Shown in pieces: positions 1-7,047 of a stretch of 30,494 bases of DNA. The notes under the pieces were generated by a model. The model was not told the DNA's origin. It saw only the letters and a list, made by a program, of their open reading frames with translations, and made no database searches. Made by a program: the position numbers and the translations under genes. The stretch lies in the NCBI GenBank assembly GCA_035285545.1, contig JAYKGY010000142.1, forward strand, positions 1 through 30,494, given 5' to 3'. Numbering within the stretch: the first letter of the stretch is position 1; the number at the start of each line of letters is the position of its first letter. The stretch is from Snowella sp. Lineage in GTDB: Bacteria > Cyanobacteriota > Cyanobacteriia > Cyanobacteriales > Microcystaceae.

Positions 1-126
1 TTCTTGTATGATATTTTGTACACTAATTTGAGGCAATTTAAGAAGATTTTCGAGAAAGTACAACATAGTTCAGTCCTCATACAATGTATACCATTATACA
101 CTTCTCACTGCTAACCGCGGAGAACC
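1..126 (-). mobile_element. Left end of an ISL3-family insertion sequence, running off the window; transposase 5' end at 66..1
   Basis: Minus strand from ATG at 66 reads MLYFLENLLKLPQISVQNIIQE, open to the window edge and resembling cyanobacterial ISL3 transposase N-termini. It is preceded by a GAGGA RBS-like motif and TATAAT (98-93). The putative terminus GGTTCTCCGCGG at 126 fits ISL3 GG(T/C)TCT ends. Confidence 0.65.
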
Positions 127-290
127 ATATTGATTTTAATAAGAACACTGGCTCTCTTGGATTAGCCCTGTAGAATGTTCAAAAATGATATAAAATTATT
201 CCTTTTTTCTCTTGTAACTCTTTCTACATAAGCAATGTAGCCATTAATAACCTCTAATTATCATGAAGTATACAGGAGAGCTAGAACACT

Positions 291-335
291 GTACTCGCCG
301 CTATCTTATTAATTAGATTTTAAAACCGCAATTAC
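291..335 (+). repeat. 45-bp dispersed repeat, copy R0 (most degenerate)
   Basis: gtactcgccgctatcttattaattagattttaaaaccgcaattac aligns without gaps to the copies at 686, 1311 and 2230 (about 31/45 identity with R3, counted by eye). Confidence 0.65.
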
Positions 336-385
336 GTAATTAGTGTCTTTATCTAAAATTAAACAAATTTAGGAGTAAAGATAAT

Positions 386-673
386 ATGAAAGTTAAAGCT
401 CTAATCTGGCAAGAAGATGGGGGTTGGTGCGGTTCTGTTCCTGCTTTACCAGGCTGTCATACTTGGGGAGAAACCTACGAACAATTATTAAGTACCTCGG
501 CAAAATTATTTATACATAGCGATCCTTGTATAGCAAGGCTTCTAGGCTTGTCTAGTAGGTAATTTATTTTGCATGACTACTTAGAAATGTTGCAAGATGC
601 GGTTCAAGGATGGCTTGAAGTTGCTAGTCAAGAAATCGAAATTGAATCAGAAAAAGAGCCAGTCGAAAGATGA
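386..673 (+). pseudogene. hicB: HicB-family antitoxin interrupted by a MITE
   Basis: AGGAG at 371 and ATG at 386. It reads MKVKALIWQEDGGWCGSVPALPGCHTWGETYEQLL (to 490) and resumes at 584 as EMLQDAVQGWLEVASQEIEIESEKEPVER* (TGA 671-673). VPALPGCHTWGET is the HicB motif. The insert introduces an in-frame TAA at 560-562. Confidence 0.9.
491..581. mobile_element. 91-bp MITE with TA target-site duplication (IS630/Tc1-mariner type)
   Basis: Flanked by TA at 489-490 and 582-583. Imperfect TIRs: AGTACCTCGGCAAAATTATTTA versus the reverse-complemented right end AGTAGTCATGCAAAATAAATTA. Removing it restores hicB exactly. Confidence 0.85.
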
Positions 674-685
674 TGTGAAATAATA

Positions 686-730
686 GCGATCACCATCGTC
701 TTGTAGAGTCAATTTTAAAACCGCGATTGC
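686..730 (+). repeat. 45-bp dispersed repeat, copy R1
   Basis: gcgatcaccatcgtcttgtagagtcaattttaaaaccgcgattgc; 35 of the first 42 positions match R3; begins 12 nt after the hicB stop. Confidence 0.85.
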
Positions 731-807
731 TTTTGTTACCGTCAATTCTAACTTATGGTTGTTTTGATATAATAGCCTTAATCACTTGACATCTTAGGAC
801 AAAAATC

Positions 808-1062
808 GTGATTAAAGCCATTAAACAGAAAGGAATTGTTGGTAGGGAAGGAAAAATAGAGATTCATTCTACAGAACTAGAGGAAGGTACAGACGTAGAT
901 ATTATTATCTTGGTATCTGATACCGAACCCGACACAACCGAATATCTGCTTTCAACAGAAGCTAATCAGCGTGAATTATCTGAAGCCATCGAAAGGGTAG
1001 AAAATAAAGAAAACTTGGTGACGATTTCTGCAAAAGAATGGCATGAAAAATATAGTATTTGA
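808..1062 (+). CDS. YefM-like antitoxin, partner of the downstream Txe/YoeB toxin
   Basis: GTG start; C-terminal TTEYLLSTEAN resembles the YefM toxin-binding segment; overlaps the toxin gene; TATAAT lies upstream near 768. Confidence 0.75.
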   Translation: MIKAIKQKGIVGREGKIEIHSTELEEGTDVDIIILVSDTEPDTTEYLLSTEANQRELSEAIERVENKENLVTISAKEWHEKYSI

Positions 1063-1303
1063 TCCGAAAGCCTTTAAACAGTTCAATGAATGGGCGATAG
1101 AAGACAAAAAACTCTATAGAAAAATTGTTGACTTAATTGACGATATATTACGCCATCCCTTCTCTGGAATCGGTAAACCTGAAGCATTAAAATATCAACT
1201 CAAGGGTTATTGGTCAAGACGGATTAATGACGAACATCGCCTAGTTTATAAAATCACAGAGACAGAAATAATTATTATCAGTTGTAAATTTCATTATAAA
1301 TAA
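1043..1303 (+). CDS. yoeB: Txe/YoeB family addiction-module toxin (ribosome-dependent mRNase)
   Basis: Motifs PFSGIGKPEALK, GYWSRRINDEHRLVY and C-terminal CKFHY. Confidence 0.95.
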   Translation: MKNIVFDPKAFKQFNEWAIEDKKLYRKIVDLIDDILRHPFSGIGKPEALKYQLKGYWSRRINDEHRLVYKITETEIIIISCKFHYK

Positions 1304-1310
1304 AGTCAGT

Positions 1311-1355
1311 GCGATCGCAGTCTTCCCATTGATTAAATTTTAAAATCGTGATCAA
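1311..1355 (+). repeat. 45-bp dispersed repeat, copy R2
   Basis: gcgatcgcagtcttcccattgattaaattttaaaatcgtgatcaa; starts with a perfect HIP1 7 nt after the yoeB stop; similarity to R3 continues into aac(a/t)atc. Confidence 0.85.
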
Positions 1356-1474
1356 ACAATCGCCTCTTTTATACAAAAACTTGTAACCTATAAAATATAG
1401 CGATCGCAACTTTTGCCAAATCTAGAATTTTGGGACTTTTTTCTAAAATTCAACACTTATAAAAATTATCCCTC

Positions 1475-1894
1475 ATGTCCAGACGAGACGATTTACACTT
1501 ATCATTACGTCATAGCTTAGAAAAGGATGGTTGGATAATTACCGATGATCCCTTGGTTTTAACATTAGAACAAACATTACTCAAAGTTGATTTAGGAGCA
1601 GAGAAATTTTTTACTGCTGACAAAGAAGATCGTAAAATTGCCGTTGAAATTAAAGACTTTGATTCGCCCTCAGTCATTAGTGAACTAGAGAAAACCATAG
1701 GACAACTTCAATTATACCAATGGGCCTTAGAAGAACAAGAACCTGAACGGCAGCTTTTTTTAGGAATTAGCCAAGTAATTTATTTAAAACACTTTCAAAA
1801 GCCTATTTTTCAAATGGTTATTAAACGCAATAAAATTAATTTAATTATTTATGATCCTAAAAAAGAGGTGATTTTACAATGGATAACAAACTAA
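1475..1894 (+). CDS. xisH: XisH family protein (PD-(D/E)xK fold)
   Basis: [32 protein letters not shown] and EVILQWI are XisH hallmarks; overlaps the next gene. Confidence 0.92.
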   Translation: MSRRDDLHLSLRHSLEKDGWIITDDPLVLTLEQTLLKVDLGAEKFFTADKEDRKIAVEIKDFDSPSVISELEKTIGQLQLYQWALEEQEPERQLFLGISQVIYLKHFQKPIFQMVIKRNKINLIIYDPKKEVILQWITN

Positions 1895-2166
1895 ACTATG
1901 CTGATATTTTAACTCAAGTGATCCGAAAAGAATCCAGCCTACAGCCTCGATTACAAAAACTTAAAATTAGTCCAGTGTGTGACAAAGAATCAGGACAATT
2001 TTTGATTATTATGACAGGCTGGGAAAAAGAAACTTGGACGAACACTATTTTATTCCATGCTCGTTTACTAGAGAATAAAGTTGTTATAGAAGATGATAAT
2101 TTTGAGGAAGGATTAACCCCTGCTTTGATTCAGGCTGGAATTCCGCCAGAAGACATTATTTATTAA
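1879..2166 (+). CDS. xisI: XisI family protein, C-terminus probably truncated by a 4-bp duplication
   Basis: Motifs [39 protein letters not shown] is tandem at 2157-2164; removing one copy gives ...[12 protein letters not shown] (stop 2189-2191). Confidence 0.88.
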   Translation: MDNKLNYADILTQVIRKESSLQPRLQKLKISPVCDKESGQFLIIMTGWEKETWTNTILFHARLLENKVVIEDDNFEEGLTPALIQAGIPPEDIIY

Positions 2167-2229
2167 TGGATTTATTCTAGAATCTGCTTAATTGTGATTG
2201 ATAGAAAATGATTCATTCAACAGAGAAAT

Positions 2230-2274
2230 GTGATCGCCATCGTCTTGTTGATTAAACTTTAAAATCGCGATCAA
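2230..2274 (+). repeat. 45-bp dispersed repeat, copy R3
   Basis: gtgatcgccatcgtcttgttgattaaactttaaaatcgcgatcaa; marks the right boundary of the accessory block before usp. Confidence 0.85.
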
Positions 2275-2318
2275 ACTATCTTGTTTTTTTGCTAAAATTT
2301 CATGCACATCAATTTTAA

Positions 2319-2804
2319 TTAATCCGGCGTAGGAACAACTAAAACGCAACAGGTCGCATGATGAAACACGTAGTTACTCACGCTGCCTAATAAAATTTCA
2401 CTTAACCCCCAACGTCCCCGATGACCCACCACAATTAAATCCGCATTAGACTCCTTCGCAATCTGACAAATAGTTCTTCCTGGGCTGCCTAAAATTTGTT
2501 GGTACTCAGCTTTAAGACCCAGTTGAGTGGCTTCTTCAGTACGAGATTTTAAAATATCAATCCCTTGTTGCTCAAAAACATCCCATTGTTCTCGCCAAAT
2601 TTCTAGCGTTAACTCATTCCCTGTAGCGGGATAAATTTCATCTAAATTTACGGGAACAGGAAGCGGACTATTTTCCTCTTCAGTCGAGAGAACATGTAAC
2701 AGCGTTAAGCCTGCATTATATTTCTGGGCAATTGATAAACCTTTAGCAAATACCGCTTTAGCCTTATCTGATAGATCCATTGCAATGATAACTTTAGTGA
2801 ACAC
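2319..2804 (-). CDS. Universal stress protein (UspA family)
   Basis: ADLIVVGHRGRWGLSEILLGSVSNYVFHHATCCVLVV is the USP motif; GTG start. Confidence 0.95.
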   Translation of the reverse strand: MFTKVIIAMDLSDKAKAVFAKGLSIAQKYNAGLTLLHVLSTEEENSPLPVPVNLDEIYPATGNELTLEIWREQWDVFEQQGIDILKSRTEEATQLGLKAEYQQILGSPGRTICQIAKESNADLIVVGHRGRWGLSEILLGSVSNYVFHHATCCVLVVPTPD

Positions 2805-2908
2805 GGTCTATCCCCCTTCAATCATTTTCATCCCTAGATTTTGCCATAAATCGGGAAACAATCCGATAGGATAAATAAAGGAATTTTGATAAATAGGTGA
2901 GAAATTTT

Positions 2909-3121
2909 ATGGGTGAAGCAAAACGGCGGAAAGAGGCATTAGGGGATAAATACGGTCAAGAAACACGCATTGTATCCTGGCTCCCAATTACGAAAACTCA
3001 AGCCGAAGCTTTTTATGAATGGACGACTAGGGGCGCGTGGATTGGCATTGCCGCCATGATCGGAATTTGGGTGACAGTTCGTTTTATCGGCCCGGCCTTT
3101 GGTTGGTGGACTATTCAATAA
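2909..3121 (+). CDS. DUF2839 family small membrane protein
   Basis: MGEAKRRK N-terminus and WVTVRFIGPAFGWW C-terminus; ATG 2909 preferred over GTG 2897. Confidence 0.85.
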   Translation: MGEAKRRKEALGDKYGQETRIVSWLPITKTQAEAFYEWTTRGAWIGIAAMIGIWVTVRFIGPAFGWWTIQ

Positions 3122-3154
3122 AGAATATTAATGGCATAGTAAGATAAAGAAAAT

Positions 3155-3183
3155 CCCCCAATCCCTTGATGATCTGTTGGGGG
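3155..3183. terminator. Possible hairpin terminator between convergent genes
   Basis: CCCCCAA...TTGGGGG stem with a 15-nt loop. Confidence 0.35.
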
Positions 3184-3218
3184 TTAAATCGGCTTTTTTA
3201 GGCTTATTTCACAACATT

Positions 3219-4463
3219 TCAATACATGGCATCAAGTTTTAAAAATGTCCGTAACAAAACATTCGCCCCTTGAGCGCATTGTTCAGGAGAAGTATATTCT
3301 TCCTCAGAATGGCTAATTCCGGCTTGGGAAGGCACAAAAATCATACCCATATCGGTAAATCGACCCATTTCTTGAGCATCATGGCTGGCACGGCTAGGAA
3401 GATGGCTATCGGTTAAATTTAATTCCTGACAAACATCAACGATCGCGTCTTGAATTTGGGGCGTTGCCAAAGTCGGCTGTACCGATAACATACGCTCGAT
3501 TGTGATCTTAGTGCGGGTACTCACGGTAATGGATTCAATTTTGCGCTGTAATTGAGCAACAAGATGATCAACTGTTTGTTGAGAAAGATCGCGGATATCA
3601 ACGGTCATTTCTACATACCCTGGCACGATATTAGCCGCATTGGGCCACACTTGAAAGGCACCAACGGTCGCAACCGGATCGCCTGGGTAATGTTTCGCCA
3701 TATCTTCCACCGCTAAGACGATAGCAGAAGCCGCCACCAACGCATCCCGACGCATCGACATGGGCGTTGTCCCTGCATGATTGGGAACCCCCGTAATTTT
3801 GATCAGGTGACGCTGTTGTCCCACGACCCCCTCTACGACCCCAATATCTCGACCGATCGCTTCTAGGACTCCCCCCTGCTCAACGTGTAATTCCACAAAA
3901 GCCGCAATATGTTGAGCCGTTTGTCTAGCCGTCGCTAATTTATCCCAATTTCCCCCAATGCTAGCTAAATTCTCTTGAATGGTCTGACCATTGTTGGGTC
4001 GATAATCCGTTAATTTCAAAGAAGCCGTTCCCGACATCGCTTTAGAACCGATCATGGTTCCTTCTTCATCACAAAAAACGATGACTTTGATATCGTGATT
4101 GAGTTGAATATTGTTCTCGTCTAGGGTACGAACCATTTCCAACCCTGCAACGACTCCTAATGCCCCGTCGTAACGACCCCCCGAAGGAACCGTATCAATG
4201 TGGGAACCTGTTGCCAAGGCAGGAATTTCTGAATTTTTGCCAGGATAAACCCCAATTAAATTGCCCGCCGCATCCACATTGACCATCATTCCCAGTTCCA
4301 GCATCCATTGACGCACCAATTGACGCGCTTCGATATCTTCAGGAGAAAAGGCAAGCCTACGAACGCCGCCCCCTGGCAATTTTCCGATACTGGCTAACTG
4401 GTCTAGGGTTTTTGCTAAGCGGTCTTGGTTAATAGACAGGTCTAGGTTGAGGGTTTTCAGCAT
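3219..4463 (-). CDS. M20-family Zn-dependent amidohydrolase (allantoate / N-carbamoyl-amino acid amidohydrolase type)
   Basis: Motifs GSHIDTVPSGGRYDG, DEEG, ELHVEQG, NHAGTTPM, SHDAQ and GISHS. Confidence 0.93.
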   Translation of the reverse strand: MLKTLNLDLSINQDRLAKTLDQLASIGKLPGGGVRRLAFSPEDIEARQLVRQWMLELGMMVNVDAAGNLIGVYPGKNSEIPALATGSHIDTVPSGGRYDGALGVVAGLEMVRTLDENNIQLNHDIKVIVFCDEEGTMIGSKAMSGTASLKLTDYRPNNGQTIQENLASIGGNWDKLATARQTAQHIAAFVELHVEQGGVLEAIGRDIGVVEGVVGQQRHLIKITGVPNHAGTTPMSMRRDALVAASAIVLAVEDMAKHYPGDPVATVGAFQVWPNAANIVPGYVEMTVDIRDLSQQTVDHLVAQLQRKIESITVSTRTKITIERMLSVQPTLATPQIQDAIVDVCQELNLTDSHLPSRASHDAQEMGRFTDMGMIFVPSQAGISHSEEEYTSPEQCAQGANVLLRTFLKLDAMY

Positions 4464-4542
4464 TATCGTTGTAATTTTTTATTAAAAGGAGAATCGAAGC
4501 GCATTGATACTGTATAGCGAGTTTATCCCGTTACACTGTTTC

Positions 4543-4560
4543 ACTGTATACAGTATACAA
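4543..4560. promoter_or_regulatory. Candidate operator palindrome upstream of the amidohydrolase
   Basis: Perfect 12-bp palindrome ACTGTATACAGT (4543-4554) with an overlapping GTATACA, plus a further CTGTATA at 4510. Confidence 0.35.
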
Positions 4561-4650
4561 AATACTTTTAGGTTTGTTTGGGTAGACGCGATCGCTGTTT
4601 TGGTTCTTATTCTGCAAATTCCTGAAAATGCTTGTTGTTTAAAAGATTCC

Positions 4651-5736
4651 CTAGAGTAAGGACAGTTGGTCAACAACGGGAGATGGTGGGGTAAATCCTA
4701 AATGTTGATAGGCGGCGGCGGTTGCCATGCGACCTCTGGGGGTACGATTTAAGTAACCAATTTGCAAAAGATAGGGTTCATAAACCTCTTCAATGGTTTT
4801 GCTGTCTTCTCCTGTTGCTGCCGCGATCGTTTCGATGCCCACTGGCCCGCCTTGGAATTGTTCAATCAGGGTACTTAAGAGCAAGCGGTCTGTCCAATCT
4901 AACCCCCGTTGATCGACTTGATAGATATCCAGAGCTTCGGCAGACAGTTCTTCCGTAATTTCAGGATGTTGTTTCACCTGGGTGTAATCTCGAACCCGTT
5001 TCAGCAATCGGTTAGCAATGCGAGGGGTTCCCCTAGAACGACGGGCAATTTCTTCGGCTCCTCCCTGATTAATGGCGGTATTCAAAATTTGAGCAGTCCG
5101 CAACACAATAAGGGTTAATTCATCCACTTCATAAAACCGTAATCGTTGGATCAGTCCAAAGCGATCGCGCAACGGAGAAGTTAACGCCCCGACTTTAGTA
5201 GTAGCCCCAATCAGCGTAAATTTAGGCAAGGAAAGACTGCGAATTTTGGCACTTTTACCCTTTCCCATCGTGATATCTAACCGATAATCTTCCATCGCCG
5301 GATAGAGTAATTCTTCCGTTAGGCGATTGAGTCGGTGAATTTCATCGATAAATAAAATATCGCCAGGTTGCAAGCCAATTAATAAGCCCGTAATATCCCT
5401 GGGACGTTCTAAGGCAGGAGCCGCCGTAATTTTACAATTAACCCCCATTTCCGTTGCTAAAATCAGGGATAAGGTCGTTTTTCCGAGTCCTGGCGGGCCG
5501 TATAACAGTAAATGATCCAAGGAATCTTTCCGATTGTGGGCAGCTTGTAGGGCAATTTTCAGGACTTCTTTTAGATCTTTTTGACCAATATATTCATCTA
5601 GCGTATGGGGACGAATGCTTTCTTCATTATTCTCGGTTTCTTCAGGCGTAACTGTCGGCTGCAAAAGGGTTTCTTCTGCTGAGGGAAGGGGTTGAGCAGA
5701 TTCATTGGAAGCAGGAGCAGAACGTTTAATCGCCAT
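4651..5736 (-). CDS. ruvB: Holliday junction branch migration helicase RuvB
   Basis: [50 protein letters not shown]. Confidence 0.98.
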   Translation of the reverse strand: MAIKRSAPASNESAQPLPSAEETLLQPTVTPEETENNEESIRPHTLDEYIGQKDLKEVLKIALQAAHNRKDSLDHLLLYGPPGLGKTTLSLILATEMGVNCKITAAPALERPRDITGLLIGLQPGDILFIDEIHRLNRLTEELLYPAMEDYRLDITMGKGKSAKIRSLSLPKFTLIGATTKVGALTSPLRDRFGLIQRLRFYEVDELTLIVLRTAQILNTAINQGGAEEIARRSRGTPRIANRLLKRVRDYTQVKQHPEITEELSAEALDIYQVDQRGLDWTDRLLLSTLIEQFQGGPVGIETIAAATGEDSKTIEEVYEPYLLQIGYLNRTPRGRMATAAAYQHLGFTPPSPVVDQLSLL

Positions 5737-5795
5737 AATTTAGTGAAATACAGATGATAATTTTGATATTCAAGGATTAGAAATAATATTGATTT

Positions 5796-7046
5796 CTAAG
5801 ATTCTGGGAGTAATTTAGGTTCAAATAATTCGGAAGGAACAAAACGAAAACCACTTTGATCTTCTTGGCGAATTAATAATCCTTGTTCTTCCATAGATTT
5901 AAGTTTGGGTAAGAGTTCGACAAAAGTTACAGCATCAAGTTTATCTAATGTTTGATCAGAAACATTTTCACTAATACCACCTGCTTGATGAGCAACATAT
6001 AATAAATGACGAAACTGAGGACTTAAAGAATAAATGAATTCTTTTTGAAGGCTTTGCCAAATTAAGTTAAAAGTATTTTCATCAATAATTTCACATTCTT
6101 CTGAAGCCGCTTGACGTAATACTTTTTCACAGATAGTATTCAGTTGTCGAGGAACACCTTGAGCGTAACCTGTAATTAAATTAATGACCTCCTCTGTGAA
6201 GGGATAGGGATCATTCCGTTGTTCGTTTCTGGCACTATTAAGATAATTAATTGCAATGTGACGTAAATCATCTGGACTCATGGGTTCAAGAGGAATATCT
6301 TCAGAAAAAATGCCAAGGGCTTTTAGGGTTGCTTCTTGAAGATCAGTAAAGCCTCTCCCTGTCATGATAAATCCCCGATGTTTTCCCATCCGAAAGAGAT
6401 CTAAACTACTTTCTAAAATTGTTTGGACAACAATGGGATCTTTTTTGTCAAAATCATCAATGGCAATAACAATCCGAGAATAGATTTCCTCGACTTTATT
6501 TAATAAACGAATGAGTAAGGGATAGGGATCGATTTTATCTGTGGGATTCACCGAATTTGAGGGAGATTCTTGCCGTCCTCCAAAGGATAAAAAGCCTAAT
6601 TTAACTTTTCCTTCGATAGTAATTTTATTGCGTTGAATAGAATAGCCTAAAAGTGTATTAGCAATGTCTCTTGATTCTTCATCTTCTTCAATGTCCGCTA
6701 AACTATCAGCTACAGCTAATAATAAAGCACGATAAAATTCTGTGGAACTTTCTCCTGGAATGTTGCTCAGATACAACACTAACATTTTTTCATTTAATTC
6801 GGCGACTTCTTGTTGTAACTGATGAATTAAATTAAAAATCAAGGCAGTTTTCCCAATACCCCAAGCTCCTCTCACTAAGATATTACGTCCTTCATAGAGT
6901 GTTGGAATAACAATGTCTAAAACTTGATCTCGTCCATAAAAAATTTTTGCTAATTTTTCGGGATCATCGGGGGGAGTGGGGCGAAAGGGATTTTCTATAA
7001 GTCCCCATTTTTTGAGCGTTGATTGATAACGGTTCAGTCTTGCCAT
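5796..7046 (-). CDS. Uncharacterised AAA+/P-loop ATPase with probable C-terminal winged helix
   Basis: WGLIENPF N-terminus, FYGRD, Walker A GAWGIGKT, Walker B IAIDDFD and sensor-2-like GVPRQLN; starts 1 nt after the upstream stop; AT-rich. Confidence 0.85.
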   Translation of the reverse strand: MARLNRYQSTLKKWGLIENPFRPTPPDDPEKLAKIFYGRDQVLDIVIPTLYEGRNILVRGAWGIGKTALIFNLIHQLQQEVAELNEKMLVLYLSNIPGESSTEFYRALLLAVADSLADIEEDEESRDIANTLLGYSIQRNKITIEGKVKLGFLSFGGRQESPSNSVNPTDKIDPYPLLIRLLNKVEEIYSRIVIAIDDFDKKDPIVVQTILESSLDLFRMGKHRGFIMTGRGFTDLQEATLKALGIFSEDIPLEPMSPDDLRHIAINYLNSARNEQRNDPYPFTEEVINLITGYAQGVPRQLNTICEKVLRQAASEECEIIDENTFNLIWQSLQKEFIYSLSPQFRHLLYVAHQAGGISENVSDQTLDKLDAVTFVELLPKLKSMEEQGLLIRQEDQSGFRFVPSELFEPKLLPES

Positions 7047-7047
7047 T

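Noticed and set aside
127..290. Possible gene remnant or hicA upstream of R0
   Set aside because: Only short open stretches (e.g. minus-strand EVINGYIAYVERVTREKRNNF) with no motif I recognise.
291..2274. CRISPR array or classical integron attC interpretation of the 45-bp repeats
   Set aside because: The spacing is 395-919 bp and gene-sized, there are no cas or intI genes in the window, and attC core-site ends are absent.
4546..4566. NtcA box upstream of the amidohydrolase
   Set aside because: GTA-to-TAC spacing is 7 nt, not the required 8.
4482..5651. Short ORFs 4482-4676, 4722-4958, 4909-5118 and 5454-5651
   Set aside because: Antisense or overlap shadows of ruvB and its intergenic region, with no recognisable motifs.
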